DNA of 63,947 nt, filler included, from Octopus bimaculoides (taxonomy: Eukaryota), in NCBI RefSeq assembly GCF_001194135.2. It is 6 parts of 6 records of this genome, joined end to end, with 100 filler letters (N's around TTAATTAATTAA, not from the genome) between each part and the next. Parts side by side here need not be neighbours in the genome. Positions count along the whole stretch, not along the records: positions 30,647 to 45,876 come from NC_068983.1; positions 45,977 to 50,086 come from NC_068986.1; 4 more parts are not named here. The stretch is one strand, 5' to 3'. Position numbers and translations under genes: made by a program. The notes under the pieces are model-generated. The model was not told where the DNA came from, made no database searches, and saw nothing but the letters and a program-made list of their open reading frames with translations. Within the stretch, counting starts at the first letter, position 1. Each line of letters begins with the position of its first letter. Of the stretch, positions 38,501 to 49,705 are shown one piece after another.

Positions 38501-38992
38501 ACTTTCTCCCCGGCTTCATTCCACCACGTTATTATCTTTCCTCTTTGAAGAGTGCGCTCTTCAAAATGGTTGACCATATATCATAGAAATTAGACAAGCC
38601 AGACTGGGCCAAACTTAAACTTCCGTAACAAACTAGATATTATTTTACAACAAACATATTCCATAGAATCAAAACGGAATAGAGGGGAGAGGACAATACA
38701 AAAAAAAAAAATGAAACAAAATTTAAGAAAAAATATCAGCAACAATAACAGAGCAATAAAAAATAACTTATAGAAAAACAAATGAAATATCTACAGACAA
38801 AAGCTGAAAGACGAAAAAAATAGCAAAGTGGAAGATTGTTAAAAACAATTAAACCGAAAGAATTGGTTCAGTTGAAGTTTGGACAGCTAAAAAATATATA
38901 TTGCCAAGAGCTAAAAAAATAAAAACCATGATGAAACGTATTTCTCTGTGACTGTAGAAGTATTTACTTTTTACTTATGTATGTGCGTCGTG

Positions 38993-39051
<59 letters not shown>

Positions 39052-39689
39052 NNNNNNNNNNNNNNNNNNNNNNNNNNNNNNNNNNNNNNNNNNNNNNNNN
39101 NNNNNNNNNNNNNNNNNNNNNNNNNNNNNNNNNNNNNNNNNNNNNNNNNNNNNNNNNNNNNNNNNNNNNNNNNNNNNNNNNNNNNNNNNNNNNNNNNNNN
39201 NNNNNNNNNNNNNNNNNNNNNNNNNNNNNNNNNNNNNNNNNNNNNNNNNNNNNNNNNNNNNNNNNNNNNNNNNNNNNNNNNNNNNNNNNNNNNNNNNNNN
39301 NNNNNNNNNNNNNNNNNNNNNNNNNNNNNNNNNNNNNNNNNNNNNNNNNNNNNNNNNNNNNNNNNNNNNNNNNNNNNNNNNNNNNNNNNNNNNNNNNNNN
39401 NNNNNNNNNNNNNNNNNNNNNNNNNNNNNNNNNNNNNNNNNNNNNNNNNNNNNNNNNNNNNNNNNNNNNNNNNNNNNNNNNNNNNNNNNNNNNNNNNNNN
39501 NNNNNNNNNNNNNNNNNNNNNNNNNNNNNNNNNNNNNNNNNNNNNNNNNNNNNNNNNNNNNNNNNNNNNNNNNNNNNNNNNNNNNNNNNNNNNNNNNNNN
39601 NNNNNNNNNNNNNNNNNNNNNNNNNNNNNNNNNNNNNNNNNNNNNNNTGTGTGTAGGAAGAGAGATTTACATACAAGCACACTTACATT

Positions 39690-40546
39690 ACTAACGTTAT
39701 ACTGTATTACAGAAAACCCACTACATATGTGGGAAAAATTCTGTCTGTGGGTGTGTTTGTGGAGTTGTTAGCTAACTCCTCCTACATCGTTTTATCGATT
39801 TCGCTGAAACTTGACACGTGAGTAGAACTCATGTCTGGAGACCTCATGGCATACTCAGATTGTTGAAAAGATCGATAATAGGGCCCCTGGAAGGGATCTT
39901 TATATATAACCAAGGGAAATAGCGTATTCATTTTCCTAAAATATTTAGTAAAAATGAAATTGAGTATGCTTATTTCTTAGTATTTGAACTGTTAGAGCTA
40001 TTTTCGCAATTCATCCAGTACAACCCTTAAACAAGTAAATAGTATTTTACTAAACAATAGATCCACTTATCTCGGTTAGTGACACTAGCGCCCCTGAGGT
40101 TAATATTCTCTGAGAACGCACAAAAGCACTTCTTCAGAGATATTTACTTTGAATTGCTATTATCTCATATCCGATTAGCCTGTTATTACGTAACATGCTT
40201 CACGATTTTAGTATACATACCTTATTAGTATTTCCTCCTATGTTCTATATAGTCTGGGAACGCATTGAAGCCCTTTTCGGAGCTACTTTATTTGAATTAT
40301 TACTATGGGGTAACTAATTTCATGTTATTACATAACTGACTTCACAATTTGGGTATTCATAACCTATTGGGAATTCCTGAAAACAAGATCCTGCGTAAAA
40401 TAGCTCGGTATTCTTTGTAAATGCACAAAAACTGTTTTAAGGGCTACATACTTTGTATTGAGGTTATTGGATTAGCGAAACAATTATGAGAACGGAACTA
40501 AGGGATAAGCCCCGCTTTCCCGGGAATTACCGGGTACGTCAGCTAG
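39690..40546 (+). mobile_element. Non-autonomous Helitron/DINE-like element
   Basis: tctgtctgt...gatttcgctgaaacttgacac 5' body; 3' cccgctttcccggg...ccgggtac hairpin and CTAG|T end at 40546. Confidence 0.7.
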
Positions 40547-40634
<88 letters not shown>

Positions 40635-40808
40635 AACACTGTGAGTAAAGACAAACGTTAACACTTTGTCTTTATTACAATGTCTTCCCAGACAAAAAGT
40701 ATGATCAGCCGGACTAGTTTCAATCCTATGTTGGAATTACAACTCTTTTTAAATGTTCACGGAGATACTGCTTATAAATACAGCGTTGCTACTAAGGCCT
40801 TAAGTATT

Positions 40809-40964
40809 GGTTTCAAATCTTGGCACTAGTCCAGGAAGGTTGGGGAGGAGGCTAGTCGATTAGATTGACCCCAGTGTTCAACTGGCACTTTTTTTATCGA
40901 CCCTGAAAAGTGAAAGGCAGTCGATCTCGGCGGAATTTAAACTCAGAACGTAAAGACAGACGAA
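40809..40964 (-). mobile_element. SINE family B, 5'-truncated, with 18-bp TSD
   Basis: Flanked by actaaggccttaagtatt (40791-40808) and actaaggtcttaagtatt (40965-40982). Confidence 0.92.
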
Positions 40965-41343
40965 ACTAAGGTCTTAAGTATTAAAAAAAAAACATCGAGC
41001 AAATACTGTTCAAAACAATGCAGAATTTGCATTGAAAATGTATGTGACGGCAGCCATTTGATTCGTTCTTGCCTTAAACGTAGCTGATTCTTCCGAATAT
41101 TTGTGTGTTAATAATGGGATTGCAGAAGGGTTCCAGACAGTCTTAAACTATATATAGGGTATGTGAATTGGGCACCCAGAACACAACTAGTGTAGAAGTA
41201 TAGTAGGTGCATATATACGTAGCTTAAATGGAGAAACGAGAAACGAGACTTCCACATGTTAGTTTGATATGTCATATATAGTAGCTAGTTCTTTAAATCA
41301 CATTTTGTGCTCCATCTGTCTTTGACACAGGATTTATTAGTAA

Positions 41344-41380
41344 CTAGCAGAGGTACCTCAGACATCACCTGGTACTTCTA
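41344..41380 (-). mobile_element. Helitron-like 3' end fragment
   Basis: A-CTAG-cagaggtacc, same terminus as 10312. Confidence 0.45.
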
Positions 41381-41449
41381 CGTCTTACTCATAAACCTTC
41401 TTAAGAGATTCATTTACAAAAGAAATCTTTGAGGGGAAATGAAAAAATG

Positions 41450-43240
41450 TTGACGTGAATAACAGACTAGTGTATTTAATATGTTCTGAAACCCCCGCTG
41501 CACTGATGTTAAGTGTCATTACACTGCTAAATGTTTTGTGTTTGATAAATACAGCTTCTGTCGAAAATGTGCTTATGCTCTAAGCTATGTTGTTAGTGAA
41601 AATGTTGCGAAGCATTTTAAAAGTTATTTTAAAGGAGAATATACAAAAAAAAATTTCAGATACTTATTTGAAATTTTTTGCTTGGAAAAGTTATTTTTAA
41701 AATTATCCAAAATCTTTAAATATATGCGTACAACAATTACTAGAACTGAAAAGATGAAAAAACTCCTCAACAAGAAAATGGTAAATAGGTTTATTGCCCC
41801 TGTATGGCCACAGCCTTAGGCTGAAACTAATAACAGAATAAAAGAATAATCAACCAAAGTAGCGATGCTTCAGAATCAGCACAACTTGTAATTTTTTTTT
41901 ATATATGGTATTGATGAGACCTTTATTACTGACGAAATTCATTGCTTTCAAGCTATAAAAGATATCTTTACAGAAAACAATATCTATGAACACGTAAAGA
42001 AAGCAATAATGAAACTGAATCTCTTCATTGAAATGGTCATGAAAATATCAACAGACGGATTTCCTCGAAATAGTCAGTCTTATAACAGGTTTACTTTCGA
42101 AATTTAAATCAAATTAGCTTATAAAGAATTGACAAACTTTCATTGTAAAATGCATCATGAAAATATGTTTCAGTACGGTAAAATTCGAAAATTTTATGCA
42201 TAATTTCTTTAAGTCGTGAGTTCCTAACTATCGTCAGTTTAAAGAATTTCTAGAACTTTCTTTTTTAGTATAAAGAGTTGATTATCTTTGTGAAACTCGT
42301 TGGCTAAGTGAAAAGATATTTCAATGTTTTTATGGGCTTAAAAGAGAAATATGCGCTTTTTTGGAAATGAAAGGTAAATCTGTCATCGAACTGATAAATA
42401 ATAACCTGGAATTTTTCTTGAATATTGCAGCCCATTTAAATATTTGAACTCGTGAGTATGCTTTAGCAGACACAATTTCGTTTGGCTGAATCCTTGGAAG
42501 ATGCAAAAGTGAATAGCAACACGGTTTTGTGTTTACAGCTTACCAATTAAGAGAAACGCTGCTATTTTCGGCAAAAGCACAAAATCATGAGGCCGGGCGA
42601 ACGCGCTGCTTCAAAGAATTACATGATTTTAACTTAATTTTTGCATTAAGAATATTGGTTAATTCATAAATTATAAACTCACGGCAAAACTTTTGGAACT
42701 AAATGTTAAGTGTCGTAATATCTACTCAGGTCTACTGGCTTTTTCCATTTCTCCACATTAGCCAGTCACAAGGTGCCTAGATACATTACTGAGAAGTAAA
42801 TACAGCATTGAAGAGTAAAAGGCTTCCAAAAGAACTGTTCGCTAAATTTAATAACATCAAAGCTAAAGAAGCCAATTTCAAAGTTTTTTATTTTTTTTTA
42901 TTTTTGGCAAATCAGTTAATTAGAAGAATAACACAAAATGAATTGCAGGTTAATATACATTTGTAGCAAAATTTAAAGATGTCTATTCGAGCTTTATGCC
43001 ACTCTTTCTGTAAAATCCTATCCTGCAACGGCATGCCTCGCTAGAAGATGCATCTCCCTATTATGTTAACAAAGGGTTTTTTCTCCTACAAATAAAAACC
43101 ATACAAAAACAGAATTAACAAACAATTAGTTTAAAGAGAACTTTTAAGTTGATACATTTCAGATATTTCTAAATATTGAGAGGATGGCAAAAAATAAATA
43201 GATAAAATTGCTGCCTCGTGTTTCTCACTAAAATTGGTAA
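41450..43240 (+). mobile_element. hAT (Charlie/SPIN/GTF2IRD2-like) transposase remnant, interrupted
   Basis: SYVVSENVAKHFKSYFKGEY, RTTITR, ISTDG, NFHCKMHHEN, CETRWLS, FLEMKGK. Confidence 0.85.
41770..41850 (+). mobile_element. Short CR1/SINE-A-type 3' tail inserted in the hAT
   Basis: tatggccacagcc-tta-ggctgaaac...gaataaaagaata. Confidence 0.7.
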
Positions 43241-43448
43241 GTAAACACTTTTTTCCGACTTCACAGGTTGTGAAAGAACAATGAAGGTTACAAAGATTTT
43301 TAGTCGACAGTAATCTGCATAATATTAAATAATAATGAACTCGGTTTAATTTACATATACATTAATTCGTGTATGTGTGTGTGATGTATGCATACGTATA
43401 TATATATGTATATAAATAGACTCATATATAACTATTTGAATATATATG

Positions 43449-43500
<52 letters not shown>

Positions 43501-43507
<7 letters not shown>

Positions 43508-43710
43508 GCAGTTAAGTATATGTCCAGTCATAGAGTGACCAATGGTTTCGCATCCATAAAGGGCTTAGCCTCATGGACGACTAAGACTCTACAGCCGAAA
43601 GCCATATAGTTCTTCAAACCTCGGAGGTAGAAATCCGTTACGGTAAGCCCTTTATGGATGCGAAACCATTGGTCACTCTATGACCGGACATAGATTTAAC
43701 TGCATATAAA
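43501..43710. mobile_element. Hairpin MITE-like element with 67-bp inverted arms
   Basis: 43501-43567 versus 43644-43710: 3 mismatches, 76-bp spacer. Confidence 0.8.
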
Positions 43711-43735
43711 TACATTACTGCTCTATGCTTCAGAG

Positions 43736-44050
43736 CAGTGGTTCCAAAACTTTTTGGGACTGCCACCCCCTTGACACCCAGGCCACATTCCTACCGCCCC
43801 CACCCGACTAATCATCACAAATATAAACCTCTTTATAAAGCAAATTCAAAGCAACTGTATTTCACAAATAAAACTTAACCCAATGAAGCCATTATTTTCT
43901 TGGTTTTACATGAATTACCACCCCATTATAACCCCAAATTTTACACGAATCGCTACCACATCATCGACCCACTTTTCTTCAATTCTCCCTTGGAACTTTC
44001 CATCGCCCCCAGGGGTGGGTGTGCAATACTTCCCACTTTGAGAACTACTG
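43736..44050. mobile_element. hAT (Charlie-type) MITE
   Basis: cagtggttccaaaact / tttgagaactactg TIRs; 8-bp TSD cttcagag / ctttagag. Confidence 0.88.
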
Positions 44051-44095
44051 CTTTAGAGTGTGCTTCGTTTTCGAACATATGATACACTGACGATA

Positions 44096-44340
44096 TACAT
44101 TATTCACATCATTTACCTTTGACGGATATTTGTCCTCATCTTGTTTGTTGTTAACACAACGTTTCGGCTGATATACCCTCCAGCCTTCATCAGGTGTCTT
44201 GGGGAAATTTCGAACCTGGGTTCTCATTCCTAAGGTATTTTTCGATGTTGTTGTTATTATTATTATTATTATTATTTATTCAGGTCACTACCTGGAATCG
44301 AACTCGGAATCTTGGAGTTAGTAGCCCGCATTCTTAACCA
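44096..44340 (-). mobile_element. tRNA-headed non-coding element with HHR tail (left arm of inverted dimer)
   Basis: Minus strand: tggttaagaatgcgggctactaactccaagattccgagttcgattccagg (tRNA-like, B box), (aat)n, body, HHR. Confidence 0.85.
44153..44198 (-). ncRNA. Minimal type-I hammerhead ribozyme
   Basis: Exact reverse complement of 44459-44504. Confidence 0.75.
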
Positions 44341-44585
44341 CGGGCTACTAACCCCGAGTTCGATTCCAGGTAGTGACCTGAATAATAATAATAATAATAA
44401 TGACAACAACATCGAAAAATACCTTAGGAATGAGAACCCAGGTTCGAAATTTCTCCAAGACACCTGATGAAGGCTGGAGGGTATATCAGCCGAAACGTTG
44501 TGTTAACAACAAACAAGATGAGGACAAATATCCGTCAAATATAAATAATGTACATAATTCCTCATCTCTTAAATATAGAACTGTA
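44341..44585 (+). mobile_element. tRNA-headed non-coding element with HHR tail (right arm of inverted dimer)
   Basis: cgggctactaaccccgagttcgattccagg head (7-bp deletion relative to left arm), (aat)n, body, HHR. Confidence 0.85.
44459..44504 (+). ncRNA. Minimal type-I hammerhead ribozyme
   Basis: GACAC-CTGATGA-A-GGCTG-gagggtatat-CAGCC-GAAA-CGT-T-GTGTT: intact core, 5-bp stems I and II, ACGU palindromic stem III. Confidence 0.75.
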
Positions 44586-44600
44586 CTGACGATATATATA

Positions 44601-45049
44601 TTCTTTTACTTGTTTCAGTCATTTTGGCTGTGGCCATGCTGGAGCACCGCCTTTTAGTGGAAAAAATCGACCCCTTGGCTTATTCTTTGTAAGCCTGGTA
44701 CTTATTCTATCGGTGTCNNNNNNNNNNNNNNNNNNNNNNNNNNNNNNNNNNNNNNNNNNNNNNNNNNNNNNNNNNNNNNNNNNNNNNNNNNNNNNNNNNN
44801 NNNNNNNNNNNNNNNNNNNNNNNNNNNNNNNNNNNNNNNNNNNNNNNNNNNNNNNNNNNNNNNNNNNNNNNNNNNNNNNNNNNNNNNNNNNNNNNNNNNN
44901 ATACACACGACGGGCTTCTTTCAATTTCCGTCTACCAAATCCACTCACGAGGCTTTGCTCGCTCCGAGGCTATAGTAGAAGTCACTTGCCTAGGGTTCCA
45001 CGCAGTGGGACTGAACCTGGAACCATATCGTTGGAAAGCAAGCTTCTTT
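44601..45049 (-). mobile_element. SINE family A with a gap in its internal microsatellite
   Basis: gctgtggccatgctggagcaccgcc tail; cgacgggcttctttcaatttccgtctaccaaatccactcac central domain; acgcagtgggactgaacc head. Confidence 0.9.
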
Positions 45050-45300
45050 ATTTCATAAAAATTCGCCATACGGCGTTACATAGAGGGGACAAACAAAGAC
45101 AGACAAACAAAGAAGCTACGGGCTGGACGCGGACATTAATGAATGGAGATGAATACACAAGAAAGAATGAAAATGGGAGAGGCACCAGCAACCGCCGACT
45201 GATAACCTCTCTGAAACTTTGTTCAATACATGTCGGTCAAATTTGTGAAACAAATTATTAACACAAATGTTCTTCCTCTTTATATGAGGCAACACGCCAC

Positions 45301-45876
45301 TTATAAATGTTCATATAATTCACTGGGGCTTTTAGCCTCCCCGTATCTACAACCTCTTTTCACTAACGCCCACACCCTCTCTAGGCACTCCTCGAGTGGC
45401 GTGTCGGCATTGCCCGGCGCCGTGAAGAATATTTCTTTGAGGTCAAAAAATTTCTTCGCTACGTCCCACATTGTGACCTCTACAGCTATCTCCGGAGGAC
45501 ACTCGGGATCCTGTATGCAGGCCATGGCCTCTCCCCTAAGACTCTCTTCCAATTCTTTTTCTACCTTCCCCTTTCTAAAGAAGAAAACTAACGTTTCTTC
45601 TTCCTCCGGAGAAGGGAAAGACATTTCCACAGTCGGCGGCACAATTCCCACCGGCTGTGGTTCAACATTCGTTTGCACCTTTTTCTTTCTTTTCTTTTTC
45701 TTTTTTCCGGTGGAAGAGGAGTCCTCTGGTTTACCCGTGGGACTCAATCCCTCTTCCACCTCTACATCTCTTTGAGGTTTAGGCGGGCTATTATTAATGC
45801 CCGCCTTCCTCTTTCTACCTCTATCTGTTGGGGCTACCGCCTCCTCATTTTTTCCTTCCTGCCGAGCAGGACTACT
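45301..45876 (-). CDS. Uninterrupted 192-codon frame, 5' end lost in a scaffold spacer; unknown product, possibly a LINE ORF1 C-terminus
   Basis: Track ORF 45301-45759 extends 39 more sense codons (SSPARQ...RGRKRKAG...QRDVE) to the gap; GC-richer than its flanks, protein-like composition; no family recognised. Confidence 0.45.
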   Translation of the reverse strand, partial: SSPARQEGKNEEAVAPTDRGRKRKAGINNSPPKPQRDVEVEEGLSPTGKPEDSSSTGKKKKKRKKKVQTNVEPQPVGIVPPTVEMSFPSPEEEETLVFFFRKGKVEKELEESLRGEAMACIQDPECPPEIAVEVTMWDVAKKFFDLKEIFFTAPGNADTPLEECLERVWALVKRGCRYGEAKSPSELYEHL

Positions 45877-45976
45877 NNNNNNNNNNNNNNNNNNNNNNNN
45901 NNNNNNNNNNNNNNNNNNNNTTAATTAATTAANNNNNNNNNNNNNNNNNNNNNNNNNNNNNNNNNNNNNNNNNNNN

Positions 45977-46053
<77 letters not shown>

Positions 46054-47093
46054 TGCAGGCATGTATGTATATGCAAATCTATATCTAAATTTATCTGTCT
46101 ATCTTCACCTAGCTACTGAAGTTGACGTTGTTTACCGTAAAAACTAACATCTCTTACTATAACTTACGGATACCTATAACTTACGGATACCGACGACAAA
46201 ATAGATCAAAGGGAATTCGTTGATATTCAGTTAACGGCCATTTTTGATATTTCGTTAACACAAATTTGTCTGATACCAAGGCAACATGCTTCCAGTCAGA
46301 AAGACTAATATATGGGCAAAATATTTTTTGAATGTTTATTCATTTCTTTTTGTTGATTCTCAGGCTATATTCCTGATATGCTGAAGAAAAAAATCGCTAA
46401 TACATAAAGAGCCAATTTTACGAAACAAAATTATTTAAAAAAAAACAAAAACAAAAACGCAAGACGCCATTACTGTGAAAACTACCCAACAAACTCGAAG
46501 ATAAACGAGAGAAGGTACTAGTTAATGGGACACAGTGGAATCTTCAATTGGAAATATTCTATCAGAAATATTCAGTTCTATTTGGATTGTCATTTATAAC
46601 AGTGCCAAGAATTGTCTAAATCTGTTTTTGAACAGCATTAGCAATCACATTGATTTCTTCTCTCAGAGCGCGTTTATATAAAAAGATAAGGCGGAAAGAG
46701 ACGAGAGAGTTCTTTGGCAAATTTTAGTGTCACTGTATATGTAATTAAAGTCATATATATTTAGCAAGTCATTGATGCATATCGCCTGTTCCGAAGTCTT
46801 GTCTATTAGTCTTTGGCATTTGCAGAGCTCATTAACGAAACAGCAACAATAACAATAATGGTAAATATGATAAATGAATAAAAAATAAAATATGAAAAAT
46901 TTAGTCAAACACTTCGTTATGGGTCACGTTATTTATGTGAATTTGTATACATGTATATACATATATATATGTATGTGTGTGCGCGTGTATATGTATATAC
47001 ATATTTATGAGTGTATATTTGTGTGTATGTATATATGTTTGTATTCATGTGCCTGCATATGCATACATATATACATATAAATATATCTGTAGA

Positions 47094-47133
<40 letters not shown>

Positions 47134-47481
47134 CATACGCGTATGTATATATGTGTAAGCACACGCATACATATACACATACACACACACATGTATACAT
47201 TTGCACATACACATGCACACACATCAATATGTATGTATGTCATTATTCAGTTTATTTCAAGATTTCTTGCCAATAGAGAAAGAACCGGTCTCTAACTTAG
47301 ATTCAAAGCTCCTTCATTCAAATTTCAACATCAACAACAGGGTATTTTTGTTTGTATGTGTGTATGTATGTATGTATGTATGTATGTATGTATGTATGTA
47401 TATGTGGAGATCTGTATGTTTTGCTTTATGTATGTATTTTCCTGCATATAGTTATATATGTAAACATGCATATATATATAC

Positions 47482-47880
47482 TTAAATGATAAACTTCTGG
47501 TAAGTTTTACAGATTTTTAAAGTTCCTGTGATGGACCGGATCTATAGTTTCGACTTAGCTTTCTCCTTTCTGGTTTTGAGAAGCCTAGTTTCTCAAGATT
47601 GGTATTTAGGCAGTGTGTTACATATCCCAGGCCTCCAGTAATTACAGGTATAAATCCGAACTTGTTTAGATAGAGTAACTGCAGATTTCTCAATAGTTCA
47701 GCATAGGTGTTCTCATTTTCACTGATCTTCTGCTTTATGTTAACATCCGCTGGGCAGCTAATTTCCATAACTGTGCACAATTTCTCTTCTCTATCTCAAA
47801 TCATTAAATCAGGTCTGTTGAGCTTACATTTTATTGAGGTCTTAACTGGGACATTCTACCAGTATTCCTTTTTATTATGA
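47482..47880 (-). mobile_element. R4/Dong-like LINE 3' end (restriction-like endonuclease)
   Basis: NVPVKTSIKCKLNRPDLMI*DREEKLCTVMEISCPAD (RPD...E motif), near-identical to 33276-33578. Confidence 0.82.
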
Positions 47881-48363
47881 GTAGCTATGTATGTATGTAT
47901 GTATGTATGTATGTATGTATGTATGTATGTATGTATGTATATATGTATGTATGTATGTATGTATCTATCTATCTATCTATCTTTCTACCTATCTTTTTAT
48001 TTATCTATATACACATATTTGTGTATGTTTTTGCTTCTGTGTATTAATATTACTACCGTTTTTTCTATTTGATCAAGTCTTTCTTTTTAAATATGTTTGG
48101 ATGAGATCATTGCTGTTTATTGGGGGAACTAAATACCTCATCATCAACATTTCTAGCTCTCTACAGTCTCACTTAGATGAAGCGATGTTTGTGGGTTCCT
48201 GCGAATACAAGATAGGGGCTTCATATTTGGTGTAGACTATGAAGCTCTAGAAAACCAATGATAGAATTAGAAAGTCTATTTTCCCAAACAGGCTTCAAGA
48301 AACTCGTGAAAAAATATGAACGAACTTTGAGAAAGAAGATAACAAGAGGTCAAAGCCTGTATG

Positions 48364-48440
<77 letters not shown>

Positions 48441-48466
48441 CTGTATATATATATACCTTTACACAC

Positions 48467-48810
48467 ACGCGTGGCATCTTGGGGAAGTGTCTTCTGCTAT
48501 AGTCTCAGGCCGACTAAAGCCTTGTGAGTGGATTTGGTAGACGGAAACTGAAATGTATGTATGTATAGATAGATAGATATAGATATATCCGGGTGTATGT
48601 GTCTTTGTGTCTGTGTTTATACCCGAAATCATCGCATGACAACCGGTGCTGATGTGTTTAGGTCCCTGTATCTTAGCGGTGCGGCAAAAGATCTGATAGA
48701 ATAGGTACAACGCTTAAGAAATCAGTTCTGGGTTCGATTTATCTGACAAATACCCTTCAAAGCGGTACTCCAGCATGGCCCCAGTCATGACTGAGGCATA
48801 TAAGAGAAAG
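48467..48810 (+). mobile_element. SINE family A, head truncated
   Basis: aagtgtcttctgctatag...aaagccttgtgagtggatttggtagacggaaactgaaa through ccagcatggccccagtcatgactga. Confidence 0.88.
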
Positions 48811-48859
48811 GAAGACATACATACACACACACACACATGCATACACACATACATACACA

Positions 48860-48947
48860 GAGATACAGACAGACATGCGGGCAGGCAAGCAGACAGGCAC
48901 ACAGACAGGCAGGTAGACAGACAGGCAGACAGACAGACAGGCAGACA

Positions 48948-49000
<53 letters not shown>

Positions 49001-49030
49001 ACCGACAGTCAGGCAGGAAGGCAAACAGAC
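48860..49030. repeat. (CAGA)n/(CAGG)n tetranucleotide repeat
   Basis: Direct inspection. Confidence 0.95.
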
Positions 49031-49475
49031 AAATAGATAAATAGATAAGATAGGGTTTTCAACATTTAGTATATGTGTNNNNNNNNNNNNNNNNNNNNNN
49101 NNNNNNNNNNNNNNNNNNNNNNNNNNNNNNNNNNNNNNNNNNNNNNNNNNNNNNNNNNNNNNNNNNNNNNNNNNNNNNNNNNNNNNNNNNNNNNNNNNNN
49201 NNNNNNNNNNNNNNNNNNNNNNNNNNNNNNNNNNNNNNNNNNNNNNNNNNNNNNNNNNNNNNNNNNNNNNNNNNNNNNNNNNNNNNNNNNNNNNNNNNNN
49301 NNNNNNNNNNNNNNNNNNNNNNNNNNNNNNNNNNNNNNNNNNNNNNNNNNNNNNNNNNNNNNNNNNNNNNNNNNNNNNNNNNNNNNNNNNNNNNNNNNNN
49401 NNNNNNNNNNTATATATATATATGTATATATATATATATGTGTGTGTGTGTGTAGTATATATGTATATATATATG

Positions 49476-49510
<35 letters not shown>

Positions 49511-49705
49511 CAGCAGGGTGGCATCATTCAAAAGTTACAACAATGCTAGGAAGCGTATTGTGACCAGTGGGGTATAATAACATTCGATAGTCAGGTCGAT
49601 ACAGTGATACAGTATGATATATGTTCATACATACACTTACATACATATACACATACATACATACATATACATACATATATTTATACATATATATATACAT
49701 ATACA

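Noticed and set aside
44270-44380. tRNA genes
   Set aside because: Only 5'-truncated tRNA-like heads of a repeat; no complete cloverleaf
46663-46908. ORF with LCKCQRLIDKTSEQAICINDLL
   Set aside because: No motif or splice-site support; N-terminus is low-complexity
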